64,000 bases of DNA from Chloroflexota bacterium (GCA_022825895.1 JAJDVX010000042.1:6525-70524); one strand, 5' to 3'; positions 38,848 through 48,904 are shown, counted from the first letter of the stretch. Numbers and translations: made by a program. Notes: generated from the sequence alone by a model not told the origin.

Positions 38848-39633
38848 ATGAGTTCCCGGATGGTCGACGCCACGGATTCCTTCGTCCACGAGCTTGAAAC
38901 TCGCATCCTCGGCGTGCGCGTCCATGCCATCGGTCGGGCGCTGACCGTGGCCTGGATCGATGCCTGGCTCGCTTCGGGACAAAGCGCCCAGGTCGTGACC
39001 GTGAACCCGGAGATCGTCATGCGCGCGCGCCGTGACCCGGCGTACGGCGAACTGCTGGAGCGGACGAGACTGAACGTCCCCGACGGCGCGGGCATCGTCG
39101 CCGCGGCCCGCCTGCGACGGCTGTCCATCTCGGAACGCGTCATCGGGGTCGACGTGGCGGACGACCTCGCCGGCCTGGCCGCCGTCCACGGCTACCGCCT
39201 GCTGCTCGCGGGCGCGGCCCCCGGTGTCGCCGACCGGGCCGCCGCTGAACTCCAACGACGCTATCCGGCCCTTACGCCTCCAGCCACGCTGGTCGGGGAG
39301 CCAGGACCTGTCGGCGACCCCGAGGCCCGGGCCCTGATCGATGAGTTTCGCCCGCACATCGTCCTGGCCGCCTACGGCGCGCCGGCCCAGGAATTCTGGA
39401 TCGACCGCAATCTTCGCGACCTGACTCCGGTCGTCGGCATGGGCGTCGGTGGCACCCTGGACTATCTGGCGGGCCGCATTCCGCGTGCCCCCGAGCCGAT
39501 GCGCCACCTCGGCCTGGAGTGGACCTTCCGCCTCGCCCGGGAGCCCTGGCGCTGGCGTCGCATGCGCGCGTTGCCGGAATTCGCTCGGCTCGCCATCCTC
39601 GAGGCGCTGGGCATCGAGAGACCGAACCAATGA
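38848..39633 (+). CDS. WecB/TagA/CpsF family glycosyltransferase (GT26)
   Basis: 261 aa. VTVNPEIVM, VPDGAGIV, GVGGTLDYLAGRIPRAPEPMRHLGLEW are hallmarks of the family. Confidence 0.8.
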   Translation: MSSRMVDATDSFVHELETRILGVRVHAIGRALTVAWIDAWLASGQSAQVVTVNPEIVMRARRDPAYGELLERTRLNVPDGAGIVAAARLRRLSISERVIGVDVADDLAGLAAVHGYRLLLAGAAPGVADRAAAELQRRYPALTPPATLVGEPGPVGDPEARALIDEFRPHIVLAAYGAPAQEFWIDRNLRDLTPVVGMGVGGTLDYLAGRIPRAPEPMRHLGLEWTFRLAREPWRWRRMRALPEFARLAILEALGIERPNQ

Positions 39634-40529
39634 CCCGCATCGCCGTGGTTGGCGGCATCAACCAGGACATCGTCATCCATGTCCCGCGCATCCCCCAGCC
39701 CGGTGAAACGGTCCATCACGGCCGCCTGGGCCGCTATGCCGGCGGCAAGGGCGCCAACCAGGCCGTGGCCGCCGCCCGCGCCGGCGCGGCAGTTAGCATG
39801 CTCGGAGCCGTGGGAACCGATGCCGCCGGCGACGATCTGCTCCAGGGCATGGCCGCCGACGGCGTGGACACCACCCACGTCGCCAGGGTCGACTCCGCCG
39901 CCACCGGCACGGCCCTGATCGCGGTGGACGCCGCTGGAACCAACTCGATAGCCGTGGCCGAAGGCGCCAACTTCAGAATCGATCCCGAAGCTGTGACAAG
40001 CGCAATCGCCGCCATTCAACCGGTCGCCGTGATCGGACAGCGCGAAGTCCCGGACGAAGCCACCCTGGCCGCCTTCCGGGCCGCGCCACCCGGCCTGCGC
40101 GTGCTCAACGTATCGCCCGTCGATGAGGTTGGAACGATTGACCTCACCGCGGTCGACATTGCGGTCGTCAACGAAATCGAAGCCGCGCAGCTCGCTGGAG
40201 GCGACGCCGAACCGGCAGCGATGGCCGAGACCCTGTCCCGGCGCACGTGCCGCGGTTGCGTCGTCACGCTGGGCGGTGCGGGCCTCGTCGCCCACATCGA
40301 CGGCCAAACCCACGTCCAGCCTGCGTTTCCCACGATCGTCGTGGACACCACCGGCGCCGGCGACGCCTTCTGCGGCGTATTCGCCGCGTCGCTGGCTTTC
40401 GGACACCCCGTCGAAACCGCCCTCCGCTGGGGCCAGGCCGCCGGCGCCCTCGCCGCCGCCACACCCGGCGCGCAACCCTCGATGCCGCGGGCGGAGGACA
40501 TCCGTCGGCTGGCAGCCGACGCGGCGTGA
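39630..40529 (+). CDS. rbsK: Ribokinase
   Basis: Internal ATG (MTRIAVVGGINQD) overlapping the upstream stop (ATGA). PfkB motifs GGKGANQAVAAARAGA and DTTGAGDAF. Confidence 0.85.
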   Translation: MTRIAVVGGINQDIVIHVPRIPQPGETVHHGRLGRYAGGKGANQAVAAARAGAAVSMLGAVGTDAAGDDLLQGMAADGVDTTHVARVDSAATGTALIAVDAAGTNSIAVAEGANFRIDPEAVTSAIAAIQPVAVIGQREVPDEATLAAFRAAPPGLRVLNVSPVDEVGTIDLTAVDIAVVNEIEAAQLAGGDAEPAAMAETLSRRTCRGCVVTLGGAGLVAHIDGQTHVQPAFPTIVVDTTGAGDAFCGVFAASLAFGHPVETALRWGQAAGALAAATPGAQPSMPRAEDIRRLAADAA

Positions 40530-40572
40530 GCCTTCCCACTCCTGTAAAATCGGCCATTGAACGGAGGTTCTT

Positions 40573-40830
40573 TTGTTTGACAAGCGCAACGCGCTGCGCA
40601 CGCCGATACGGTATGCGCGGCCGTCGTTCTGGACCGGGGTTGCGAGCATCTTTGACTTTGGCGGCGCGTTGAATCGATACAACGCCACCGCCTCCGGTGC
40701 ACGGGCGGATGCGCTTGCCATGTGGGCGGACTGGCAGGCGGTAGGTGACGACATGCGGGCGGCGCTGCAGGCATACGAAGCCGAGCGTGAAAAAGGTCCC
40801 GCGTGTCCGAAGACCAAAGCCAGCGGCTAA
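40573..40830 (+). CDS. Small hypothetical protein
   Basis: 85-aa ORF with a TTG start 4 nt after GGAGG. Overlaps the downstream DUF2335 gene. No known domain. Confidence 0.3.
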   Translation: MFDKRNALRTPIRYARPSFWTGVASIFDFGGALNRYNATASGARADALAMWADWQAVGDDMRAALQAYEAEREKGPACPKTKASG

Positions 40831-41309
40831 GCGACGCGTCAGCCGCCGATAACCCGTCCGACGCAGCGGGCGTTGGAAACCCTGACACCCGCTCCGCGGG
40901 TCGTGTAGTTCGGGCTGTACAGACGTCGCTGTATGCCGGGCCGATTCCACCGCCGTCGACTCTGGCCCAGTACAAGGATGTCCAGTCCGATGCACCGGAG
41001 CGAATCCTGGCCCTGGCCGAGCGACAGCAGGCCCATCGACAGAAGCTCGAGACTCTGGATGCTTGGCGCAGCATTGTCGGAGTCTTCGCGGGTCTGGCCG
41101 TCGTCCTGGCAGCATTTGCCTTTGCCTGGGGCCTGGCCACACTCGGTCAACACGGTCTGGGCACGGCCACCGTCATCGGGGCTATCGCCTCGGCCGCAGG
41201 CGTGTTCATCTACGGGACCCTGCGCCAAAGCAGGCAGCAGGAGCCGCAGCTGGATGAAATGGCGGACTCAGGCGCGGAAACCCGGGAGGAAACGCCGGAG
41301 TTGCGCTAG
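40803..41309 (+). CDS. DUF2335 domain membrane protein
   Basis: 168 aa. GPIPPPSTLAQYKDVQSDAPERILALAERQQAHRQKLE matches the conserved DUF2335 core, followed by two TM helices. Confidence 0.6.
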   Translation: MSEDQSQRLSDASAADNPSDAAGVGNPDTRSAGRVVRAVQTSLYAGPIPPPSTLAQYKDVQSDAPERILALAERQQAHRQKLETLDAWRSIVGVFAGLAVVLAAFAFAWGLATLGQHGLGTATVIGAIASAAGVFIYGTLRQSRQQEPQLDEMADSGAETREETPELR

Positions 41310-41408
41310 CCGTCGCCTGCCGCGCCTGACTGATCACGCCTCCTAGAGCAGACGCAGAGCTTCGGATGCTGAGGTTACGCTGACTATGAACTCACCCCCA
41401 GACTGCTC

Positions 41409-42176
41409 ATGCCCATCCTCGAACGATTCCGCCTCAACGGCCGTCGCGCCTTCGTCACCGGCGCCAGCCGCGGCATCGGGCGGGCCATCGGCCTGGCGCT
41501 GGCCGAGGCCGGGGCCAACGTCGCGCTGGCCGCCCGGGACGAGTCGCGGCTCACCGAACTCGCCGCCGAGGTCGAGGCTCTCGGCCGGAAGGCAGTTGTC
41601 GTTCCGCTGGACCTGGGCAACCTCGAAGCCATTGGACCCGCCATCGACGCCGCCGCCGATGCGCTCGGTGGGTTGGACATCCTGGTCAACAACGCCGGCG
41701 TCACCTATCGCGGCGGGTTCGGAATCGACGACCCGGCCGAGTTCGACCGCATGTTCGACGTCAACCTCGGCGCCGTGCTTTTCGGCTGCCAGGCGGCGCG
41801 CCCGCACCTGGCGGCGGCCGGCGGAGGCGTGATCGTCAACATCGGATCCATCGCCGGAACCAAGGGCGCCGGCCTCTACGGGGCAAGCAAGCAGGGGGTA
41901 CACGCGCTGACCAGGGGGTTCAGCCGTGAGTACGCCAACGACGGCATCCGCGTCGTGGCCCTGGCGCCCGGGCAGGTCCACACCGACATGACCGCCCGCG
42001 TGCGGGCGAATCCGACCGAGTTGAACACCATGCTGCATCACACGGCGCAGCGGCGGGTTGCCGACCCGGCGGAAATCGCCGCGGCCGTCGTCTACCTGGC
42101 CTCGCCCGCGGCCGACTTCATAACAGGCACGACCATCGCCATCGACGGCGGCCGCGACTTCTTCGCCAGGCGATGA
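41409..42176 (+). CDS. SDR family oxidoreductase
   Basis: 255 aa. TGASRGIGRA glycine motif, NNAG, YGASK catalytic motif. Confidence 0.85.
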   Translation: MPILERFRLNGRRAFVTGASRGIGRAIGLALAEAGANVALAARDESRLTELAAEVEALGRKAVVVPLDLGNLEAIGPAIDAAADALGGLDILVNNAGVTYRGGFGIDDPAEFDRMFDVNLGAVLFGCQAARPHLAAAGGGVIVNIGSIAGTKGAGLYGASKQGVHALTRGFSREYANDGIRVVALAPGQVHTDMTARVRANPTELNTMLHHTAQRRVADPAEIAAAVVYLASPAADFITGTTIAIDGGRDFFARR

Positions 42177-42928
42177 CCGCCCCCGATCCCTTCAGCCTCG
42201 ACGGTCGCCGAGCCCTCGTAACCGGCGCCAGCCGCGGCATCGGACGCGGCATCGCCGAGGCGTACGCGCGGGCCGGCGCGCGCCTTGCCCTGGCCGCGCG
42301 CACAACCGCAGGTCTGTCGGAGGTCGCGGTCTCAGTCGCTCAATGCGGCGCCGAGGTCCACACGTTCGCCGCCGACCTGGAGGACGCCGAGGCTCCGACC
42401 CGGCTGGTCAAGCGCGCCGCCGAGGCCCTGGGCGGCCTGGACATCGTGGTCAACAACGCAGGCGACGGCGGCCACGACGGACTGACACTCGAGGGCTATC
42501 GCCGGCTCCTGCACCTGAACCTCCGCGCCCCCGTGCTGATTGCCCAGGCCGCACGGCCGTATCTGCTCGAGTCCCAGGCCCCGGTGGTCATCAACGTCTC
42601 GTCGGTCTCGGCCAGGCTGGGCGGCGCAGAGCCCTACGGCCCGCTCAAGGCCGCGGTGTCGTCCTACACCGTCGGGCTGGCGCGTGAGTGGGGCAAGGAC
42701 GGCATCCGCGTGGTCGCCATCGCGCCCGGCGTGATCGAAACCGACATGACCGCCGGCTATACCGATGCCGATTGGTGGACCGGGAACCTGGCCGAGCGCG
42801 TGGCCCTGGGTCGCAACGGGCAGGTCGACGACATTGCCGGTGTTGCCCGCTTCCTCGCGTCCGACGCCGCCGCCTACATCACCGGCGCCGTCATCCCCGT
42901 CGACGGCGGCTGGGTGCACCAATTCTAG
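42173..42928 (+). CDS. SDR family oxidoreductase
   Basis: 251 aa. TGASRGIGRG, NNAG, Y..LK catalytic motif. Overlaps the upstream stop. Confidence 0.85.
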   Translation: MTAPDPFSLDGRRALVTGASRGIGRGIAEAYARAGARLALAARTTAGLSEVAVSVAQCGAEVHTFAADLEDAEAPTRLVKRAAEALGGLDIVVNNAGDGGHDGLTLEGYRRLLHLNLRAPVLIAQAARPYLLESQAPVVINVSSVSARLGGAEPYGPLKAAVSSYTVGLAREWGKDGIRVVAIAPGVIETDMTAGYTDADWWTGNLAERVALGRNGQVDDIAGVARFLASDAAAYITGAVIPVDGGWVHQF

Positions 42929-42936
42929 GCGTTGTC

Positions 42937-44010
42937 CTAAGTCCGATCGACGAGTTCCAGCCAGCGCAAGTCGATAATCCCGTCGGCGTCGGCGGACGGC
43001 GCCAGCACGCAGCCCAGGTGACCGTTTCCTAGCCGCGCCATGTCCGGGTAGCCGCAGCGCACGTCGCCGGCGGCCGGCGGCGGGCCGTATCTCGGGCTGG
43101 CCAGCCAGCCGATGCGTCGCCAGGACGCGCCGTCGTCCTCGCTCACGCTGCACCCGACCCCGGAGCGGTTTCTCTGCTCGTCGCGGTAGGCGCACAGCAA
43201 CGCCCCCGAGCGCAGTCGCTGCAGCTTGATGTTCGCGCCCCAGAACTCGATCGGCCGCGGTTCGGTCCAACTCAACCCGTCGGCACCCGAATACGCGATC
43301 ACGCTCGGATGCCCGTCGAACACCCGCGCCACGGCCAGGTACCGTCCGTCCGCCAGCCGGATGATGTCCATGTCCCCGAATCCCAGCGTCGGGTGCGACG
43401 CAACGATCACCGGCGCCGAGAAGCTCTCACCCTCGTCATCCGTAAAGCAGACCCCCGCCTGCCAGCCCGTGTCGCGCCCCGTGGTCCCGATCACCGCCAG
43501 CATGTGCCGGCCGTCGTCCAGCAGGTGGGGATTGCTGGCCCCATACAGCTCCGACCATTCGGGAAATAGCCTGATCTCCGGTCCCTCCGGCCCCCATGTC
43601 TCGCCCCCGTCCGCCGAACAGGTCGTCGACATGTACCAACCCGTGCAGGGCTCGTCACCCGGCAGGCTCGGATCCATCTGGATGCGCCCAAGCCCCAGCA
43701 GCAGCCGCGTGTCCGAGAACGCCATCAACCCGCCCAGGTGCATGCAGTCCCAGCCGGGCTTCGCGTAAATCGCCTCCGGCGTCGTCCACGTCGCGCCGTC
43801 ATCGTCCGAACGCGACGTCAACATGACTCCGTTGTTCTGGCGCTGCACCCCTCGCGACCAGCTGAACACCATCACCAGCCGCCCGCTCCCAAGCTGCGCC
43901 AGGCTGGCCGAGTAATGGGCATGCGGCTCGCCGCTGCTAAACAGCCGTCGCGAACTACGGACCGCGACTGGCGCGTCGTTGTAGAGGTCCGGCTCGCCTG
44001 TCATGACCAT
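42937..44010 (-). CDS. BNR-repeat exo-alpha-sialidase-like glycoside hydrolase
   Basis: 357 aa with three Asp-box/BNR motifs (SDDDGATW, SADGGETW, SEDDGASW). Confidence 0.7.
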   Translation of the reverse strand: MVMTGEPDLYNDAPVAVRSSRRLFSSGEPHAHYSASLAQLGSGRLVMVFSWSRGVQRQNNGVMLTSRSDDDGATWTTPEAIYAKPGWDCMHLGGLMAFSDTRLLLGLGRIQMDPSLPGDEPCTGWYMSTTCSADGGETWGPEGPEIRLFPEWSELYGASNPHLLDDGRHMLAVIGTTGRDTGWQAGVCFTDDEGESFSAPVIVASHPTLGFGDMDIIRLADGRYLAVARVFDGHPSVIAYSGADGLSWTEPRPIEFWGANIKLQRLRSGALLCAYRDEQRNRSGVGCSVSEDDGASWRRIGWLASPRYGPPPAAGDVRCGYPDMARLGNGHLGCVLAPSADADGIIDLRWLELVDRT

Positions 44011-44185
44011 TGCGGTTCACCTCGGTGACGTTGCAGGAATCCTACGCCGGATGGCCGCACATGCGCGCTTGCGCAACTGGGGATTAGACGACTGTCTGAT
44101 CGCCAGCTGCATGGCTGGGCCGCGCTCCTACACTTGAGGAAGTCAATCCGACGGCCTGTCCAAGAGCACTTCAAGGGGAAGCACC

Positions 44186-44779
44186 GTGACCGTTCCGACC
44201 GACCTACAGGCAGAGTTGACCGAGGCCTGGGCCGACCTGGAGAAGGCGCAAAAGCGCTTAAAGGAACTCCGCCGCCGCGTGCCCTCGGAGCCTGTCCAGG
44301 ACTACGAGCTCCACGGACCCGATGGGCCGGTCCGGCTCTCCGAGGTCTTCGGCGACAAGTCGGACTTGATCCTCATCCACAACATGGGCACGGGTTGTCC
44401 CTACTGCACCATGTGGGCCGACGGCTTCAACGGCGTGCTCCATCACCTGGAGGACCGCTCGGCCTTCGTTGTTGTTTCGCCCGACAGCGTCGAAGCCCAG
44501 CAGCGATTCCGGCGGAAACGCGGCTGGCGGTTCCGTATGTACTCGGCGGGCGGCACCACCCTGTTCAAGGACATGGGCTTCGAGTCTGACGACGAGCACT
44601 ACGGCTCCAACGCCATGCCAGGCGTCTCCGTCTTCCACAAGACCGACGACGGATCGATCGTCCGCGTTGCCTCCGACTTCCTCGGACCCGGCGACTCCTA
44701 TTGCAGCGTCTGGAACCTCTTCGACCTGCTCCGCGACGGTGTCGGCGACTGGGAAGCAAAGTTCGACTATTCGACCTGA
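44186..44779 (+). CDS. DUF899 thioredoxin-like domain protein
   Basis: 197 aa. LILIHNMGTGCPYCTMWADGFNG is characteristic of DUF899. Confidence 0.75.
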   Translation: MTVPTDLQAELTEAWADLEKAQKRLKELRRRVPSEPVQDYELHGPDGPVRLSEVFGDKSDLILIHNMGTGCPYCTMWADGFNGVLHHLEDRSAFVVVSPDSVEAQQRFRRKRGWRFRMYSAGGTTLFKDMGFESDDEHYGSNAMPGVSVFHKTDDGSIVRVASDFLGPGDSYCSVWNLFDLLRDGVGDWEAKFDYST

Positions 44780-44806
44780 GCGCCAGGCCGCCCCGCCCTC
44801 TCTCCA

Positions 44807-44812
44807 TATAAT
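44807..44812 (+). promoter_or_regulatory. Candidate -10 element (TATAAT) ~35 nt upstream of the gatC start
   Basis: Exact TATAAT in the 65-nt gap before gatC. The -35 region is weak, so this is tentative. Confidence 0.25.
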
Positions 44813-44844
44813 CCCCCCGGCCGTCCATACTCCCGAGCAGCCTC

Positions 44845-45138
44845 GTGTCCATTGATCGTTCCCAGGTCGACCACGCCGCCGACCTCGCGCGTCTCGAACT
44901 ATCCGACGACGAGCGCGAGAGGCTGCGGGGCGAACTGGGGCAAATCCTCCAGGCCTTCGAGGCGCTGAACACGCTGGACACCAAGCACATTCCCCCCACC
45001 GCCCAGGTCATCCCCCTGGGCAACGTCGAGCGCGACGACCGCGTTGCCGACTCGCTCCCGCTCGACGCCGTGCTCCACAACGCACCGCGCGTCGAGGACG
45101 GCCAGATCCGCGTGCCTCCGGTCCTGGACGAGTCCTGA
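44845..45138 (+). CDS. gatC: Asp-tRNA(Asn)/Glu-tRNA(Gln) amidotransferase subunit C
   Basis: 97 aa. GTG start. [16 protein letters not shown]...L...I...L..LD typical GatC. Confidence 0.9.
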   Translation: MSIDRSQVDHAADLARLELSDDERERLRGELGQILQAFEALNTLDTKHIPPTAQVIPLGNVERDDRVADSLPLDAVLHNAPRVEDGQIRVPPVLDES

Positions 45139-45142
45139 ATCA

Positions 45143-46615
45143 GTGCCCGACCAGCTCCACCGCCTCACCCTTCACGCGGCCTCGGACGGCCTGCGCTCGG
45201 GGCAGTTCAGTTCGGTCGAACTCACCCAATCCCTGCTCGATCGCATCCAGGCCGTGGACGGCCGCATCGGCGCCTACCTCACCGTTACGCCTGACATCGC
45301 ATTGGAACAGGCCTCCGCAGCCGACCAGCGTCTCGCGGCGGGCGACAACTGCCCGCTCCTCGGTCTGCCCATCGCCCTTAAGGACGTACTCACCACCGCC
45401 GGCGTCGAAACCACCTGCGCCTCCCGCATCCTGCAGGGCTTCATCCCGCCCTATGACGCCACTGCCGTCACCCGCTTGAAGCGGGCCGGCGCCGTCACGC
45501 TCGGCAAGACCAACATGGACGAGTTCGCCATGGGCTCCTCCAACGAGCACTCCGCCTACAAGCCCGTGCGCAACCCCTGGGACCTGGACAAGGTGCCCGG
45601 CGGCTCCAGCGGCGGCTCCGCGGCCGCCGTGGCCGCCGACGAGTGCCTGGCCGCCCTGGGATCGGACACCGGCGGCTCGGTCCGACAACCCGCCGCCCTC
45701 TGCGGCTGCGTAGGCCTCAAGCCCACCTACGGCCGCATCTCGCGCTTCGGCCTTATTGCCTTTGCCTCCTCGCTGGACCAGATCGGCGTGCTCACCAAGG
45801 ACGTCACCGACGCCGCTCTCCTGCTGGGCGCCCTGGCCGGCCACGATCCGCGCGATTCCACGTCCGCTGAGGAGCCTGTGCCCGACTACGCCGGCGAGCT
45901 GAATCGGGATATCGGCGGCCTGCGCATAGGCGTGGCGCCCGAGTACTTCGGCGAGGGCCTCGACCCACAGGTCGGAGACTCCGTCCGCGCGGCTATCAAC
46001 GACCTGCGAGACCTCGGGGCCACCGAGCGCGAAGTCTCGCTGCCCCACACCGAGTACGCCCTGCCCACCTACTACGTCATCGCCCCGTCCGAGGCCAGCG
46101 CCAACCTGGCCCGCTACAACGGCGTCAAGTACGGCCTCTCCGACCCCCAGGCCACCGACGTCGACGAGATGATGGCCCGCATCCGCGGCCGGGGCTTCGG
46201 ATCCGAAGTCAAGCGCCGCATCATGATCGGCACCTTCGCCCTCTCCTCCGGCTACTACGACGCCTACTACGTCCGCGCCCAGAAAGTCCGCACCCTCATC
46301 AAGTCCGACTTCGAAACTGCCTTCCGGGATGTGGACGTCATCGCCGCCCCCGTCGTCCCCGCGCCCGCGTTCGACCTGGGCGCCAAGCTCGACGACCCCG
46401 TGGCCATGTACCAGTCCGACATTATGACCCTCCCCGCCTCGCTGGCCGGCCTGCCCTGCCTGAGCATCCCCTGCGGATTCGTGGACGGCCTGCCGGTCGG
46501 CCTGCAGCTCATCGCCCCGCCCTTCGCCGAGTCCCGCCTCCTCCAAACCGCCCGCGCCTACGAACGCGACCGCGGCCCCCTCCCCACCCCCACCAAAGCC
46601 ATCGACTCCCAATGA
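45143..46615 (+). CDS. gatA: Glu-tRNA(Gln) amidotransferase subunit A
   Basis: GTG start 5 nt after the gatC stop. Amidase signature [13 protein letters not shown], catalytic K/S/S context. Confidence 0.9.
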   Translation: MPDQLHRLTLHAASDGLRSGQFSSVELTQSLLDRIQAVDGRIGAYLTVTPDIALEQASAADQRLAAGDNCPLLGLPIALKDVLTTAGVETTCASRILQGFIPPYDATAVTRLKRAGAVTLGKTNMDEFAMGSSNEHSAYKPVRNPWDLDKVPGGSSGGSAAAVAADECLAALGSDTGGSVRQPAALCGCVGLKPTYGRISRFGLIAFASSLDQIGVLTKDVTDAALLLGALAGHDPRDSTSAEEPVPDYAGELNRDIGGLRIGVAPEYFGEGLDPQVGDSVRAAINDLRDLGATEREVSLPHTEYALPTYYVIAPSEASANLARYNGVKYGLSDPQATDVDEMMARIRGRGFGSEVKRRIMIGTFALSSGYYDAYYVRAQKVRTLIKSDFETAFRDVDVIAAPVVPAPAFDLGAKLDDPVAMYQSDIMTLPASLAGLPCLSIPCGFVDGLPVGLQLIAPPFAESRLLQTARAYERDRGPLPTPTKAIDSQ

Positions 46616-46732
46616 CCACCGTGTATCACGTCCCCTCTCTCCCCGGAAAGCACGCCTTCTCTTCCCCTCTCCTGAGACCGTTACGTAATTCGAGGGACGG
46701 CTGCGCGGTAGCAAACCTGTTGCGGGGGCGCC

Positions 46733-46852
46733 ATTCTTCCCCTCTCCAAGGGGAGAGGCAGATTCGGGCGTCTTCGGCCGAAATCGGTGAGGGGTCTTCC
46801 GGGCAACCAGGCCTGGGTTGCGCAAAGGTCTCTCAGGAGACCTTTGAACAGC
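46733..46852. repeat. Repeat copy A (divergent) of a MITE-like element family
   Basis: Shares ggtgaggggtcttccgggcaacca..cctgggttgcgcaaaggtctctc and the gagacctttgaacagc tail with copies B-D. Confidence 0.6.
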
Positions 46853-46875
46853 GTCCCGCGTCCCCCAAGCCGCGT

Positions 46876-46958
46876 CCGCTCTTCCTCCCTCTCCCCGTGG
46901 GAGTGGGTTGGGGTGTGGGTCTTCCGGGCACCCAACCCAGGGTTCCGCGAAGCTCTTT
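46876..46958. repeat. Repeat copy B of the MITE-like element (gatA-gatB spacer)
   Basis: ccgctcttcctccctctccccgtgggagtgggttggggtgtgggtcttccgggcacccaacccagggttccgcgaag. It contains a CCCTCTCCC/GGGAGnGGG inverted repeat. Confidence 0.7.
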
Positions 46959-47032
46959 TCTAGCGGAAGGCGGAGCCTTCCTTGAGCTTGTCGAAGGGCC
47001 ACTCAAAGCAGTCGAAAGCCCCTCTTAAACCC

Positions 47033-48646
47033 ATGCCTACCGCCTACCGCACCGTCATCGGTCTGGAAACCCACGTCCAACTCCGCACCCGCAGCAAGAT
47101 GTTCTGCGGCTGCGCCGCCGACTACGCCAACGCCCGGCCCAACACCCACGTCTGCCCCGTCTGCCTGGGCATGCCCGGCGTCCTGCCCGTCATCAACCGC
47201 GAAGCCGTGGACCACACCATCCGCACCGGCCTGGCCCTCAACTGCGAGATTCCCGAATACGCCAAGTTCGACCGCAAGAACTACGCCTATCCCGACCTGA
47301 TGAAGTGGTACCAGATTTCCCAGTACGACCTCCCGCTCTGCATCGACGGCCACTTCGACGTCGAGGTGAACGGCGCAACCACCCGCGTTGGCATCACCCG
47401 CGTCCACCTGGAAGAGGACACCGCCCGCCTGACCCACGTAACCTCCGCCGACGGCGCCCCGGCCAGCCTGATCGACGTCAATCGCTCCGGCGCGCCGCTC
47501 ATGGAAATCGTCTCCGAGCCGGACATCCAGACGCCCGTCGAAGCCATGGCCTACGGCGAGAAGCTGCGCGCCCTGCTTCGCTGGATCGGCGTTTCTACCG
47601 CCAATATGGAGGACGGCGCCCTGCGCATCGACGCCAACATCTCAGTCTGGCCCCAGGGCGAACCGATCGGCGACGTCAAGGTCGAAGTCAAGAACATGAA
47701 CTCCTTCCGGTCGCTGGGCCGCGCCCTGGCCTTCGAAATCGAGCGCCAGACCGCCCGGCGCGAGCGCGGCGAACCGATCGAGCAGGAAACCCGCGGCTGG
47801 GACGAGACTTCAGGCACAACCCGCTCCCAGCGAACCAAGGAATACGCCCACGACTATCGCTACTTCCCCGAACCCGACCTGCCGCCCCTACACGTCACAC
47901 GTCAACGCGTCGACACCCTTCGCGCCGCCCTCCCCCGCATGCCCGACCAGGTCGCCGCCGACCTGCTCCAACAAGGCGCCCCCGAGGCCGACATCGCCGA
48001 ACTCGTCCAGGACCGTCCCCTCACCGACTACACCCTCGCCGTCATCGAAGCTGGCGCTTCCGCCGGCGAGGCCGTCACCTGGATCGTCCACGAACTCCGC
48101 CGCGCCCTCAACGCCCACACCGCCACCCGCCGTTCCCGCGAAAGCGGGAGCCCATCCGCTCTTCCTCCCTCTCCTGGGGGAGAGGGTTGGGGTGAGGGGT
48201 CTTCCGAGCAACCAACGCTCGGGTTAGGCAAAGGCCTCCAGGAAGGAAAGGACGGGAGTCAGGGTCGGCCGCCCCCCAACCGCCCAAGCGCAGGAACCAT
48301 CATCCCCATCCCTCCAGCTGAAATCGCCTCGCTCCTAGAATTCCGCGCCCAGGGCGCCGTCAGCAGCACCATGGCCGGCGAAGTCCTCGACGAAATGTTC
48401 GCCACCGGCAAGTCAGCACGGGCCATCGTGGAGGCCCGCGGCCCCCAGATCAGCGGCCAGGACGAACTCCTCGCCATCGCCCGCCAGGTCATTGAAGAGA
48501 ATCCCCAGGCCGTCCAGGACTACCGCGACGGCAAGGGCCGCGCCATCCAGTACCTCATGGGCCAGGTCATGCGCATCACCCGCGGCAAAGCCAACCCGGG
48601 CGCCGTAAGCGCGCTCATCCGTACCGAACTCGACGGCGCCAAATAA
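47033..48646 (+). CDS. gatB: Asp-tRNA(Asn)/Glu-tRNA(Gln) amidotransferase subunit B, with a ~55-aa repeat-derived in-frame insertion
   Basis: Internal ATG ([17 protein letters not shown]). GatB catalytic core and C-terminal YqeY-like tail. An extra segment in the linker before the tail is encoded by repeat copy C. Confidence 0.88.
   Translation: MPTAYRTVIGLETHVQLRTRSKMFCGCAADYANARPNTHVCPVCLGMPGVLPVINREAVDHTIRTGLALNCEIPEYAKFDRKNYAYPDLMKWYQISQYDLPLCIDGHFDVEVNGATTRVGITRVHLEEDTARLTHVTSADGAPASLIDVNRSGAPLMEIVSEPDIQTPVEAMAYGEKLRALLRWIGVSTANMEDGALRIDANISVWPQGEPIGDVKVEVKNMNSFRSLGRALAFEIERQTARRERGEPIEQETRGWDETSGTTRSQRTKEYAHDYRYFPEPDLPPLHVTRQRVDTLRAALPRMPDQVAADLLQQGAPEADIAELVQDRPLTDYTLAVIEAGASAGEAVTWIVHELRRALNAHTATRRSRESGSPSALPPSPGGEGWGEGSSEQPTLGLGKGLQEGKDGSQGRPPPNRPSAGTIIPIPPAEIASLLEFRAQGAVSSTMAGEVLDEMFATGKSARAIVEARGPQISGQDELLAIARQVIEENPQAVQDYRDGKGRAIQYLMGQVMRITRGKANPGAVSALIRTELDGAK
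48156..48238. repeat. Repeat copy C of the MITE-like element, located inside the gatB reading frame
   Basis: ccgctcttcctccctctcctgggggagagggttggggtgaggggtcttccgagcaaccaacgctcgggttaggcaaaggcctc. More than 85% identical to copies B and D. Read in frame as ...[33 protein letters not shown]... Confidence 0.75.
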
Positions 48647-48698
48647 TCGCTGCAGGCCCTCGCCTTGGCGGCCAGGATCGAGCCTGCGCTCCCGCACC

Positions 48699-48823
48699 AG
48701 AGACCTTTGCAGAACAGCCCCGCGCCCTCGAAAGTGGGGCCTCTCTTGCTCCCTCTCCCCGTGGGAGAGGGCTGGGGTGAGGGTCTTCCGCGCAACCAAC
48801 CCTGGGTTACGCAACGGTCTCTC
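48699..48823. repeat. Repeat copy D of the MITE-like element (downstream of gatB)
   Basis: agagacctttgcagaacagcc...gcctctcttgctccctctccccgtgggagagggctggggtgagggtcttccgcgcaaccaaccctgggttacgcaacggtctctc. Confidence 0.7.
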
Positions 48824-48904
48824 ACCAAGGGCTGTCGCGCCGAGCGCCTGCGAGCGACCTGGTCTAAAATAGACCAATCTAAACCTCCCACAGGAGCATC
48901 CGCG

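Noticed and set aside
44011-44185. Intergenic region checked for a tRNA or small RNA
   Set aside because: No cloverleaf-compatible acceptor and T-arm pairing could be found by eye.
45140-47002. 620-aa minus-strand ORF across gatA and the repeat spacer
   Set aside because: It is antisense to gatA. Its 5' part is translation of repeat copies (PHPNPLPRGEGG..., RNPGLVARKT), which is a repeat-driven artefact.
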